From the NCBI RefSeq assembly GCF_004010195.1, contig NC_057754.1, positions 13,298,224 through 13,344,621 of the forward strand: 46,398 nt of DNA, read 5' to 3'. This document shows, one piece after another, positions 1 to 12,059 of this stretch. How positions within the stretch are numbered: the first letter of the stretch is position 1; each line of letters opens with the position of its first letter. The stretch comes from Chiloscyllium plagiosum. Lineage: Eukaryota. The notes beneath the pieces are model-generated. The model saw nothing but the letters and a program-made list of their open reading frames with translations. It made no database searches and was not told where the DNA came from. The translations under genes and the position numbers were made by a program.

Positions 1-239
1 AATTTCGTCTCTCACAAAGATCTATCTAGAGCAACGTTTTCACTGTCAACATCATCATCCCTTTTCGACAAAGGATTTCAGGTGTTTTACTTCTTCTTGG
101 CATGAGTAAGCGTTTCATGCTGCATTAGTATTGTAACAGAGAAAAGCAAATCACAACATGATGTTGGTTTACCTGTCATTTTCGATATTGCTTCAACTTT
201 GCAGTGCTTAGCTCGAAATGATTGTTCTTAAAGTTAGTA

Positions 240-640
240 TCAGATCGAGTGTAGGAGGTTGAGGGGTGAAATTCTAGAAGTATATAATATCATGAGTGCC
301 ATAGGGTGAATAGTCAAGGTCTATTCCACAGGGCAGGGGAGATCAACATAGAGTACATAGGTTTAAGCGTTAAGGGGGAAGATTTAAAAGTGACAAAGGG
401 GCAACGTTTTCACACAGAGAATGGTATGTGTCTGGAATGAGATGCCAGAGGAAACGTCGTAGGTGCAAGTATAGTTACAACATTTCAAAGACATTTGGAC
501 AAACATATGAATAGGAAATGTTTAGAGACATGTGGGACCCGTGCAAGCAGATGGGACTCGTCTGTTTTGGAAAACCTGGACAGCATGAACAAGATAGATC
601 AAAGGGTCTGTTTGTGTGCGATATGACTGTGTGAATCTAG
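240..640 (+). mobile_element. Degenerate 3' end of CR1/HER1-type LINE
   Basis: Resembles the better-preserved CR1 3' end at 16905-17540 (aggttgaggggtga..., gggcaacgttttcacacagaga...tggaatgagatgccagagga, tail atatgactgtgtgaatct). Confidence 0.75.
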
Positions 641-829
641 AAAGCGAGAGAAAAGAAAGAAAAGACATGATGTAATTAAATTGGCAAGAAATATAAAAGC
701 AAGCATTTTGAGCTTTTCTGTGTGTATGAAAACATGTTCAAGGTGAGTGTGTGACCTTTGGTAGAAATAAAGTCAGGAAAGTATATTAAGAACATCTGGA
801 GGGTGTGACTGGGGACCTGGCTACTGAGA

Positions 830-2035
830 ACAGGCAGATAACTTCCACCGGTATTATACATTCATTCCTGACAGGGGAAGGCACTGTAAGCATTTCAACG
901 ATATAAACAAAATGGTAATAAGAGAGGCGTTCTTGAACAGTCTCTAACCAATAAGATCAAGTTTTTTTTCAACAGATAAAACTTAAGGTAGGCAGGTCAC
1001 CAGTAATTCATAGCTGGCTTTAATAGAAGTGGTTACAGAGGGAATAGTGGCGCTGTGTGAAATATTCCATAACTCTCTGGATTACAGGAATGTTCCAGTG
1101 AAACTGGAGAACCTTCAATGTGTTCGTGATGAAGGGGCACTTGTAGACACGAGGCTTTTTCAGAGTTTTTCCACATGTTATCACAAAATTAAGGCTCCTA
1201 CACAAGACAGAAGCTCATAGAAGCTCACATCCAGAAGCTGGATAATGTATTAGCATTGGACGACGGGTTGGTTAACACATAGAAATCGCAGAGTCAGGAA
1301 TAATCAATCTTTCTGACAAAGACGTATCTACTGGAGTAACACAAATATCAGTCCGGTACCTTCAGTTATTTACAATCCACATTGATAGCCTGTTGGCGGG
1401 AGCTGAGTGCAACATACATCCGAGTTTGGGGATGACACTGAGAACCAAAACGTAGGTTTTTACTTAATGAAGAAGACTCCCAAACTAAAGAACAGTACAA
1501 AGGGATGGGCGTTTTTCTTTGAAAGAACCATAAAATCAACATGCTGATGCAGCAAGTAACTAGTTTATTTCATGAGGCGGATTTCTGGGATAAAAGGGTT
1601 CAATTATTGAGTACATCTAAAATGGTGAGGTGTTTGTTCATTGTGTTTGAAATTAATGAGGGTGATGTTATTGAAACGTACAAGATACAGAGGGGAATTG
1701 ACAAGGTAGGTGTTAAGTTGTGGTTCCATTCCTGGGCAGAGTCTCGAACTCGGGGATACAGGTACAGCATTAGGGATATCGATTTCAAACTGAGATGTAA
1801 ATAAATGTCTCCACTTAGAAGATAGTGAATATCCAGAATTCCCTAACTCAGTGAGTCACTGAATGTATTTACCGACGGGGTGGATTCGGTTTTGACACAT
1901 TAGCGAGTTGAGGGATACTAGGGGTTAGATGGAAAGTGGAGTTGAGCCCTGGAGTAGATCAGCCGTGCTCTTATTGACCGACAGTCCAGGCTTGAGGGGC
2001 CTATTGGCACAGGCATGTTCCCATTTCTTACGTAC
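830..2035 (+). mobile_element. Highly degenerate CR1-type LINE (RT region to 3' end)
   Basis: Eroded RT motifs (gagtttggggatgacac resembles KFADDT) and a CR1-like 3' UTR (ggggttagatggaaagtggagttgag...agatcagccgtgctcttattga); many stops and indels. Confidence 0.6.
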
Positions 2036-2723
2036 TAAAGTTATGCTGTTGGAAAGTGGCAATTTTCCTAGAAGTCGTGCTGTAGAATGTTGCATTCAGG
2101 AAGAACAGAGGATTTGTTTTACTTAACACTGGGCTCAGCAGGGGGCTGTATTCACAGCAATCTGGATCTGCAACATGACCCACATTTCCAGCAGAAGTTA
2201 CAGAGAGGAGAAGCCTGGAAAGATGGATTGGAGGGGGTCCTGATGGTCACTTCCTGGCCCGGCTTGGATTTTTCAAGAACATTTCCGAAATTACACCTAA
2301 CCATTGGAGTAGCCTCGATCTGCTCCTGTGTAGCAGGCCTGAAGGGCTGAATGGGACATCAGAACACAGAGATGAGGGACACAACGATGACATTCGGCCC
2401 TTTGACACTACTCCACAATTAAAAACGATTACGACTCATCTTATTGTGGTCCCAGCTACACTTACCTCTCCATGCACCATTATCCCTGGTTTACCTGTCT
2501 ATAGAAAGTCAGACGAAGCTAGCCTCGATATAATATAAAGATTCAGCCATCCCAAACTTATGAGAACAAGAATTCGCACTTGAACGAGTCCTCACTTTGT
2601 GAGTTTCTCTTCACTCCGGTTCTGACTGAGTTTGGAGGGTGTCACTGTTTCCTTTTCTAGTCCCACTCCTCCACTGCTCACAAGAAATTTTAAATGTAAC
2701 CAGATTCCTGAAATGGCTGATAA

Positions 2724-3003
2724 TAAAGGTCTCAAACAGTGTCAGGATCAGTGATAAGAAGAAGTCAGGCAGATTTCTTTAGTCAGACACAAGTAACGTA
2801 CATATATAACAGAGGGGCATGGTGGATATGTGGATAGCACGGCTGGTTTCAACTCCAACGTCTTAAAGGTCTCAAACAGTGTCAGGATCAGTGATAAGAA
2901 GAAGTCAGGCATATTTCTTTCGTCAGACACAAGTAACGTACATATATAACAGAGGGGCATGGTGGATATGTGGATAGCACGGCTGGTTTCAACTCCAACG
3001 TCT
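2724..3003. repeat. Tandem duplication, 2 x 140 bp
   Basis: taaaggtctcaaacag...aactccaacgtct at 2724-2863 and 2864-3003; two substitutions seen. Confidence 0.95.
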
Positions 3004-3005
3004 AG

Positions 3006-3096
3006 ATGAGAGTGGTGCTGGAAAAGTACCGCTGGTCAGGCAGCATCCGAGGTGCAGTAAAATCGTCATTTCGAACAAAAGCTCTCCATCAGGAAT
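3006..3096 (-). mobile_element. Short Penelope-like terminal fragment with degenerate hammerhead motif
   Basis: Similar to 27995-28085 (gtggtgctggaa...caggcagcatccgagg...aaaatcg..tttc...aaaagc..catcagga). Minus strand reads ctgatgga...gaaatgac, a mutated core. Confidence 0.65.
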
Positions 3097-3124
3097 GGAA
3101 GGGTTCAAATTGCAACCTCGAGCG

Positions 3125-3395
3125 AACCTCTATGTGGAGTTTGAGATTCTCTACGTGTCTATGGGGGTTTCCTCCCAGTGCCCCAGTTTCCTCCCACAGA
3201 GCAAAGATATGCAGCTTAGAGTGGATTGGTCATGTTAGATTGCCCATAGTGTCCAGGGATGTGTCGATTAGGTGGGTTAGTCATGAGAAATATATGGTTA
3301 CATGGAGGCAGGTTTGTGTGCGATGCTGCTTCGTGAGTTGATGTGGATTCGATGGGCAGACTGTCCTGCATCCACATTGTAGAGATTCTATGACA
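3125..3395 (+). mobile_element. V-SINE (HE1-like) body with CR1-type tail
   Basis: V-domain-like tgtggagtttg...gggtttcctcccagtgccccagtttcctcccacag...aaagat..gcag.ttag.tggattgg.catg.ta.attgccc, ending gattctatgac. Confidence 0.75.
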
Positions 3396-3909
3396 ATGAC
3401 AACAGATTTGGACTATACAAATACCCAGTCGGCATCTTCCTGATCTGCTCTCCGTAAGGTTTTGTATGTATAAATAAGATCAGCTCTCATTCCAAGAGTA
3501 ACCTGTTAAAGCCTTCATAATATAAGCCCTTCATCGTTGGAATATGTGAAGCATAACATATCTGATCTGCTTCCAATGTCATTACAACATTACTCAGGTA
3601 AGGATACAGAACATAATCTCAAATGTTTTGTATGTTTGTTTTCTCAGTGTTGTGAGTCTTTGTAACTCTCTTCCCCGCAGAGTATTGGAGACAGAGATAT
3701 TGAATTCTTTTTTTTTGAAGCACAGACGGAAAGTTCATAAATAACAATAGAGTTAAGGATTATTAAGCAGGAATATGCAGTGTGGGAGATATGCTGACAG
3801 TGGTACCAAATGACACAGATTCAAAACATACAGGAATATAATGCAAAACAAAATTATAAAATAGGAAAAAAAATAAAATGTAGCAGTGATAGAATATAGT
3901 TCGAAAGGG

Positions 3910-4100
3910 CCATGGGACTGCTCTGTCATTAGAGAGAGAGACCACTCAAGCAGGTTTAACCTGAGGGTCACCACATCTCGGGTGATGGGGTGAGATTGAG
4001 AGAACATCCTCTTCATGGTAACCTCTGTCAGTGTGGGGACTTAAACCAGCGCTGTTGACCTATCTGTGCATCACAAACCAGCCATCCAGCCAACTGAGTG
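3910..4100 (-). mobile_element. tRNA-derived SINE (possibly DeuSINE-related)
   Basis: Minus strand begins with tRNA-like ctcagttggctggatggctggtttgtgatgca...ggtttaagtccc, then ...gatgtggtgaccctcaggttaaacc; family assignment is from memory. Confidence 0.55.
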
Positions 4101-4944
4101 GGAGACCGCGTAACTGTTGCAGACAGAAACAGGCACAGACAAAGGGCAAGAGAAACAATCATAACAAGGAAAAAGGTACAATTTAGATAACGGTCAAGAT
4201 AACAGCTGAGGATTAAATCGTTCTCTGCTATAAATAGTATTTTATAACGAGACAAGTGATTAGCAGCCGTCTTAGGCTGAATAAAATACGGTGAGACATG
4301 TGAAATAATCAGAATTATTAATTGAAATTTGATATTGATCTCCACAAATAAGTGTATACTTTTGATTGGTCTATGTAAAAAGTGCTTACCATTGCACAAA
4401 AGTATGAAGCTGATGGAATATATTGTTTGCAGAGTCCATCTTCATGGGAAATGCCCTCGAACAGGTGCTTGAAGAAAACCGGGGTAAAAGTGCCTGAGTG
4501 TCGTCTGGTCAGTGACTGGAACCCAGGGGGTTGAATGACTGAAAGTTCCTGTGACATTGAATTGCGAAAAGCATCAGATCATTCGCGTTCTTATTAAATA
4601 CGAGAGCACATTTGAAGGACTGAATAGCCTCATGATGGAATTGCATGATATCTGGTTTACAAAAGCTGACATCTCTACTCCCTCCACTTATGAGTTTCAT
4701 ACTGGGGCACTGACATTTTCCTGAAAATTGGAATTATTTAGAGCATTATCTGGAACATTCCATAATCCGCATTCTCCAGAACATTCTTTTACCTTTTGGT
4801 GGTATTGAGAGAGGGGGAGAGGCAGAAAGGGAAGCTGCTGCATGCGGCAGTGACAGTGGTGAAGCATGAGCCTTGTTTTGGGGTAGGTTCTATAACAGAG
4901 AAACAGTGAGTGTGAGGGAGCAGAGAGAACATGCTGACCCTTAT

Positions 4945-5166
4945 CCTGACAGAGCGGGGGATGTTATTGATGCTTGTCCTGTCTTGCTGGATATTTCTTC
5001 AGACCATAGATGCACTGAGCTGGGTGGCGAGCTCAGATCATGCTTGGTGGGTCTTGTAGTGTGGCCCCCTCTGGGAAGAGAATGATCCTCGTCTGTATTA
5101 GCCTATCCACCAGGCCCTCCGTGCTCCTGTCGACACACCGTGGTGTAATTGCCCCTTATCTGCCAT
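4945..5166 (-). pseudogene. Degenerate Myb/SANT-like DNA-binding domain, probable PIF/Harbinger transposon remnant
   Basis: Manual translation across frameshifts gives TPRCVDRSTEGLVDRLIQTRIILFP ... PA*SELATQLSASMV*RNIQQDRTSINNIPRSVR, resembling the Myb/SANT pattern PRF.D..LE.L...V..R...LFP...AW..VA..VSA....R...QCRK..NDL.RSAR. Confidence 0.5.
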
Positions 5167-7179
5167 GCTATGAGTAAACTATGCAGGGCAGCTCCGAAGC
5201 GACAAAGCTCAAACGTTTGCACATGGCCTTTTAAAGTTGACACCAGTGCCAGGGATCATGAAATATCCAGGGGCATCCGGGCGATGGTGAGTACCACAAG
5301 CCATGATGTGTGGGAGAATCGGGCTGGCAGTGAATGAGAGGGACACCATGGGGTGGGCTGGGCAGTTAATGAGGTGCGTTCGATAAGATAGCACCAGGAA
5401 ATTAGTTCCGACTCATGCAGACAATCCCTCTGTCACACCCAATGAAAATGGCACTGAGAGAAATTATTATTACATTGAGCCCAATGAATCGAAGACTCTT
5501 CTGACCCCACTCCCAGTTACAAAGCTGCAGAACAAATCATCATGCAAAACTCTCCGTCATCTGGACTCCCACCGATATCTCGTTCACCCATCATTCCTGG
5601 GAATACTGGCTAACGTTGCAAAATGCCATTGAAATATCTTCACTTAAGCATTCTGAAACCTGTGGTCTTCCATGAAATTGTCTCTCAATCTCATTTTCTC
5701 CTTTTCCCAAAACTCTTGATTTTTGGTATTTAAACTGATTTCCCTGACATCTCTCTCTAGCAGTGCGTTTCACTCCCACAGCATCCCTTGTCATGTTTCA
5801 ACGGAGATATGGAACAGTAAATGGATGGGGGCTGCACATTCTGTCACTTCTGGCATGGGCTGCAAGTTTCCCCAAGCTCGGCTGCGATCTAACACCATCT
5901 TACTGAGCAATGTACTTGGGTGGTGTATACAGCTCTACATGCTGGGAGGGTAACTGCTCCTGGTTTACAGATCAATGCAATGCTATTCACTGTACAGCTC
6001 CCCGTAATGAACAGATACCTTGTCAACGTTTATGGTGTGGGATGCATATCACCCCATGCTGGACAGACCGTTTCGTCCAGGTTTCTGAATCAATGCACTG
6101 GTGTTGTGTGTACTGTTCCCCATGTTGGACAGATGGATTGCTTAGAGCTGCATAGTATTCCACCCTGGACAGATTGCTGAGTTGTACTGAGCCTGGTCTG
6201 CACAGTCTCATGTGGTCTCATAATTGTCTGGGCTTGATCTGTGAGTTGGATTGTGTATCTGATATAATTCCTGACAGAATTATCACTGGTCCAGCTCGGC
6301 GCATTTTTTGTCAAACCCCGTGTTTTTGCAACTTATTGTCCATTAAGTAATTATCCAATTACAACTTGAATACCTGTCCTTCTTGTTATGGAGGCGAGCA
6401 AACGCTCCTCCAAATATATGCAGAAGGTAGTCTCAACCCGAACATTTTCTTATTTTAAAGGTAATTGCCAGGTAGGTGCTGTGTTTCAGATTCAATTCGT
6501 TTGGACAAAATATTCGACATTAACAAAATACAATTTATTAAAGTATTGTAGACAAAATACAATAAAAATAAGAGGAACTTGGAATAACTTCATGCATTGG
6601 AAAATGTAACGGTTATTTAATTGCTAAACAATAACTGGTCCAACATGGTGACATTCTTAAAACACACACTTGTCACAAAAGAAATTCAGGAAACATATTG
6701 TTTCGCATGCAGCTCTCCAATCCAGGAGGAATGAACATCAGAAGCCAATTCTGAGAGAAATCTCAGAGTGTGTAGCTGCCGGGAGAGATTTACTGCCTTC
6801 CAACTCTGCTGAGACCCCAGCAGACTGGCGAATGGGAAACCTGAAAATCCTGGTTCTGGGAGAGTTTGTCCATCACTCCACTGGACCAGGCTGCGGCTGG
6901 AAGGACCACAAGGAATGGAATGTATCTACACTGCTTATGCCATTGTAGGAACCTCTCAAAGATGCCTAACCCCAGCTGAGCCGTGCAATGTTGATAAGAT
7001 AAATGTCAAAGTTAATTATAAATAAATAAAGCCAAAGGATGCAGCAGGCCTGGTGAGCAGACACAGACGGCCTTTGGAGCACAGCAATTCCGACCCTGCC
7101 AAAACGGAGGAGAATTATCGAGCTTGTGAAGAGAAAGCATCATCTCTCTGCCTCACCTCTAACATTACAATTCAAGATG

Positions 7180-7460
7180 TGCCATTAGCCAAATAGTCAG
7201 CGATGTCAACATCTCAGGAAGACCAAGTATTATTGTCATATGTCAGGGTTGTTGCGAAAGGGGTTAACTGGAGCTGTTTGTACAGTGACTGTGATTGATA
7301 TTAGTCTCCATGGATCTTAACTGTGTCACTGGAGGGTTTCCTATTCTATTAATAAGGGGATTCCTTCACCGTTTAATCTCACAGTATCAGCGGTACTGTC
7401 ATCCTGAAGATGATTGGGATCGGCAGCTACAGAGAGACGGCGAAGAAGAGAGTCTTAGAA
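7180..7460 (+). promoter_or_regulatory. Conserved upstream/5'UTR block of GPR139-like exon 1
   Basis: Aligns by eye with the reverse complement of 31890-32160 (ctgtgattgatat.agtctccatg, aactgtgtcactggag.gtttcct, gatc.gcagct.caca/gagacg); CCAAT-like and TGATGTCA-like motifs at the 5' edge. Confidence 0.45.
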
Positions 7461-7462
7461 CA

Positions 7463-7617
7463 ATAGACTGTAATGTTCCAACAATGGACAGAAGTTTATC
7501 CGATGGTCTTTACTTTCTTTCACTGGATTGGGCATGGGTTAGAGTTGCGGATACAAGCCGTACTGATGATTATTCAAGCAGGTTACTATCCCATGCTTGC
7601 TATGATTGGTGTTCCTG
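7463..7617 (+). pseudogene. First coding exon of a GPR139-like class A GPCR, probably frameshifted
   Basis: Ends LELRIQAVLMIIQAGYYPMLAMIGVP followed by the phase-1 donor g|gtaag at 7617/7618; YYPxLAxxGVP is the TM1 start of GPR139-like receptors. The N-terminal part homologous to the paralog (IDCNVPTMDRSLSDGLYFLSLDWAW) lies in another frame, and the paralog's ATG is ATA here (7463). An alternative ATG at 7473 is in frame with the donor. Confidence 0.7.
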
Positions 7618-8059
7618 GTAAGCCTACCTTTGTCATTTCTATAAACTGTGATGATGGTTATTGCTATTTCAGTTAATAAAATTTAACAAATGCATAAACT
7701 GTTATCTTCTGTTCAGTCACAAACTCCACTTCATTTCCACCAATCTCAGACTTCTCTCTCATAAATATCTAAGAAGAAACGAAATTGTTTAGACCGTTTT
7801 GTCTTCGTTTCACCCTCAACTGTTTCTCTGTATTTTCTCCGCCATCAAACCTGCCCACACCCAGCTCTGTAATATCCCCAGTCTCCAGCTCTGCCTCAGT
7901 GCTGTTGTTGAATTAGCTATCAACTGTCCCCTTGTTAACTTCAGATTTACGGCTCCAGTTCTCTTCTGACCTCTCCTCCAATTGCAAATATTTTGAATAC
8001 AAACTTGTTCTTGCTTCTCCAGCTGTTTAATAATAGAGACCCCATATCAGAGTAACAAT

Positions 8060-8385
8060 GTCACTGGATGGGTAATTGAGAGGCACAGGTTATAACCTTA
8101 AAGGTATTGTTTCAAATCCTATCACAGCCAATGACAGAACTTAAATTCGAATGGCAAAAATTGGAATGAAATCTCATTTTACTAATGGCAACCATAAACC
8201 TTCAGGATTTCTTTCATTATTTCACTTATAGCCTTTCTTAAAGAAACTAAGTGTGACTTCAGACCAATGACCACATGGTGGCTCCATATTGCCTTGACAA
8301 ATGGCATCACAGTCAAGAGCAGTTAATGATGAACAACAAATGCTGCCATTTCTGGTGATGCTGACATCCTGTGAAACAACAACAT
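8060..8385 (+). mobile_element. Degenerate bipartite SINE sharing 5' head and 3' tail with the LINE at 38870-41700
   Basis: Eroded B-box (gtttcaaatcc), gtgacttcagacc core, and tail caagagcagttaatgatgaacaacaaatgctgcc...gatgctgacatcc. Confidence 0.55.
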
Positions 8386-9289
8386 TAAAGGTGAGAAAAC
8401 CACGGAACTATGGATGTTGGAGATTTGAAATAAAATTCTCCAGCGTCTGAAAATATTGAAGAATCTCAGCAAGTATGGCAGCCTCTGTCAGGAGAAAATC
8501 AGATACAGTTGCAAGTATAGTGATCCTGCATCAACACTGAAAGCAACTGAGAAGTAATATTATTTCTATCAGGGATGGCTGGATGAGTGAAGAGAAAGTT
8601 AGTTGAATAGATGGAGAAATGTCCAGCAAGAGAGAGAACAAGAGAGAGAGAAAGACAGGAAAGAAATGAAATGCAAAAAAGGGACTGCTGATGAGAAAGT
8701 AGAAGGAAAATAAAAAGAAAACTTATTCTAACATAACTCCTTTTTCACTTATTCCTGAATATCACGTCAACTTAGATATGCTCCTGTTTAAAGTGAGTTA
8801 TATTCCCTCCATCGCTCTTCTCTGAGAGTGAAGATCAACTCCATTGGCAATATTGATGCTGTCCTTATAGTTGGTTGGATACAGAGAAACGTAATGTGAC
8901 ATTGTCAACTGCTTTTTCAGAAAAAGGGACTGTTACTGTAGGACTGTGCAGAGATTTAACGGCTTTTTCAGCCAGGAAGAAAAGCATTTTCAACACGGAA
9001 TGGGTGCACTACGTGTGTGAGAGATTTTGACTAGTGCCTGTCATTCGACAGTAAGGGGAGGTTCAGTGGGTGCTATCCTCGGGTTTGAGTATTATCAGCT
9101 GCTGCACGTATTCAGAGAGATCTGAGGGTCTGGTGACCCTACTCTGGACACTGCATTCATAGAGTGTTTGGGAAACAAATAGAGCCGTGATTATACAGAA
9201 GGTAAGCTCTGTACATGGGTAAGGGCTGGGTACAGTACTATCCTCCCTGGGATTTCCAGGAATATTTTTCTTAGCTGAACCAATTCCAA

Positions 9290-9789
9290 NNNNNNNNNNN
9301 NNNNNNNNNNNNNNNNNNNNNNNNNNNNNNNNNNNNNNNNNNNNNNNNNNNNNNNNNNNNNNNNNNNNNNNNNNNNNNNNNNNNNNNNNNNNNNNNNNNN
9401 NNNNNNNNNNNNNNNNNNNNNNNNNNNNNNNNNNNNNNNNNNNNNNNNNNNNNNNNNNNNNNNNNNNNNNNNNNNNNNNNNNNNNNNNNNNNNNNNNNNN
9501 NNNNNNNNNNNNNNNNNNNNNNNNNNNNNNNNNNNNNNNNNNNNNNNNNNNNNNNNNNNNNNNNNNNNNNNNNNNNNNNNNNNNNNNNNNNNNNNNNNNN
9601 NNNNNNNNNNNNNNNNNNNNNNNNNNNNNNNNNNNNNNNNNNNNNNNNNNNNNNNNNNNNNNNNNNNNNNNNNNNNNNNNNNNNNNNNNNNNNNNNNNNN
9701 NNNNNNNNNNNNNNNNNNNNNNNNNNNNNNNNNNNNNNNNNNNNNNNNNNNNNNNNNNNNNNNNNNNNNNNNNNNNNNNNNNNNNNNNN
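9290..9789. other. Assembly gap (others at 16219-16804, 24787-25581, 27200-27520, 38044-38073, 40921-40947)
   Basis: Runs of N. Confidence 1.
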
Positions 9790-11100
9790 CACTCTCTTCA
9801 ATTCTTGAGAAATTACTCGTGTCTTCCACTGAGAAGGCTGATGCAAAGTTCTCAGCCATTTCTTTGTTTCCCACTACTGTCTCACCAGCATCATTTTCCA
9901 GTGGTCCATATTCACTTCTACCTCTCTTTTGCACTTTATATATCTAAAGAAACTCTTAAAGTTTCCTTTATTTTACTGGTTAGCTTACCCCCATATTTAA
10001 TCTTCTCCCACCTTATTTATTTATCTTCTCCCACCTTATTTATTTTTCCTTGCCTTCTGTTGGCCCCATTCTCCAGTTTCCCTTTGCTCTTCACATTGCT
10101 TGCGCTTTTACTTATATGAAATCCCCGACTTCCCTCGTCAGCCCTGGTTGCCTCATTCTCCCTGTACCATGCCTTTATTGCTCAGCATGTATCTCTGCAG
10201 TGTCTCCTGAATTAATCTTGGAATTTCCTGCCATTACTGTTCCCCTGTCATTCCTGCTAGACCCCTGTCCCGGTCAATTCTACCCAGCTTCTCCCTTGTG
10301 CCTCTCCAGTTGCCTTTATTCAGCTGAAATACTGTTAACTTTGATTCTACTTTCTCTTTCTCAAATTACAGAATAAATTCAACCATGTTCTAATCACTGC
10401 TTCTGAAGTTTTCTTTCACCTTAAGTTCCCTTATCTAGCCTGCGTCATTAAATCCAGTGTCATCTGTTCCTGAGTGGCCTCCCCCACATGATGCTCCAAA
10501 AAGCCATCCCATAGACATTCCTCAAATTCCTTTTCTTGCGATCCACTCCGAAAATGGGTTCCCATTCCACTTGCATATTTAAATCCCCCTATGATCACTG
10601 TAACATTTTCTTTCCTACAGATCTTTTCTATCTCCTGGAGTATCTTGTACCCCAGCTCCTGACTACTCTTTGGAGGCCTGTGCAAATCTCCAACTGTGAT
10701 TGTCTTATCTTTGTGATTCCTCAATTCTACCCAAGCAGATTCTACACCATCTGACTTTACTTCCTTTCTTACTATTGATTTAATTTCATTTATTAATAAT
10801 GTAAACCCACTCCCTCTGCTAACTGTCTTTTTGATAGGATATATGTCCTTGAATATCCTGATCCCCTTGCAACCACTTCTCTGTGATGCCCATCACGTCA
10901 TACCTATCAATTTCAATCTGTGCCACAAGTTCATTTACTCTATTCCTTATATTGCGTGCATTCAGGTATAACCCCTTCAATCTTGTATTAACGGTTGCTC
11001 ATCTCATTTTCATTTGTTTATCCAGTGTGCTTGAAGTCTGATTGCTTACACTTTCCATACACTCTGTCTTATTTGCGTGATCGGACTGTGGTCCCAACAC
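9790..11100 (-). mobile_element. CR1-type LINE ORF2 remnant (endonuclease/linker)
   Basis: Minus-strand ORFs MRNHKDKTITVGDLHRPPKSSQELGYKILQEIEK...FEECLWDGFLEHHVGEATQEQMTLDL and GPLENDAGETVVGNKEMAE; homologous to 17660-18830. Confidence 0.85.
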
Positions 11101-12059
11101 AAAATAAAGGTACAAAAAACAAACTTTTCTGTCCATACCAAAACATGAAAACCACAAAGATGCAAGTTTGTTAAAATACACCTACGATGTGGAGTTATAT
11201 GAATTGAAATGTGAATTTAGAAACCATGGACGAGGTTTTCAACCTTTATCAGTCATTATTTGACCCACAGCTGAGATGCTGATCTCCCCCCTGTCAGTGG
11301 TCCCCCTCACTGAGAATCTCTCGCCCTGTCTCTCACAACGTGTCCAGAGGGACTACAAGTTCCTATTGGCCCAGAATATTTAAATTAATTCACCTTCTCC
11401 CTGGAACTAATCTATTGTTCATTTGGATACTGTTCAGCGTCAGCAACCCGTTTCTGTGAAATTATTGGAGATAAGTGATCTGGGATGACAGCATAGTGCT
11501 CACAGGTTACGGCACCAGACAAAGGGCTTGCAGTCTGTGGGAGTTTCTAAATGAAATTTCTGTGTATTTCTCCTCATGCTGTCTTCTGATATAACTTCAG
11601 ACTCGTCTGACACCTCTTGCTCTCACTCACTCTGTGGCTCAGTTTTCTCTCCATTCGTTTTATCTCTCTTCACTTCCTTTTTTCTCTGTTAATTTTTCTC
11701 TCTCTCACGCAGACACGCACAGACACACACATTCGGTTCTCTCTGTTGACAAATTGTGCTGTTGGAGAGCTCGTCGGTGTCCAATGGGCTAAATGGCCTC
11801 CTTCAGTGCTCTATCAATTCTGAAGTTCTCTGACCCACAATAAAGACTTCAGGTGCCTGGAGAGACAAGCTGATCCTGCGAAGGACACAGTGCAGAATCA
11901 TCCTTTATGTCTTCCTGTTGTCTTATATGCAGCGGCCTTGAAATATCAGTTTAAAAAAATAGATAGAAATTCGAGCAGTTGGGAGAACGTTCACCAGATG
12001 ATTTTGCTGTCAGGATTTAACAAGCAGTTCCCACATACAAAATTGGATTTGCCTGATAG

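Noticed and set aside
7295..7621. 108-aa ORF and its paralog ORFs (31692-32057, 31700-32029) as a novel conserved protein
   Set aside because: The similarity reflects DNA-level paralogy of the 5'UTR/exon 1; frames are not maintained between copies and the listed starts are non-ATG or not shared.
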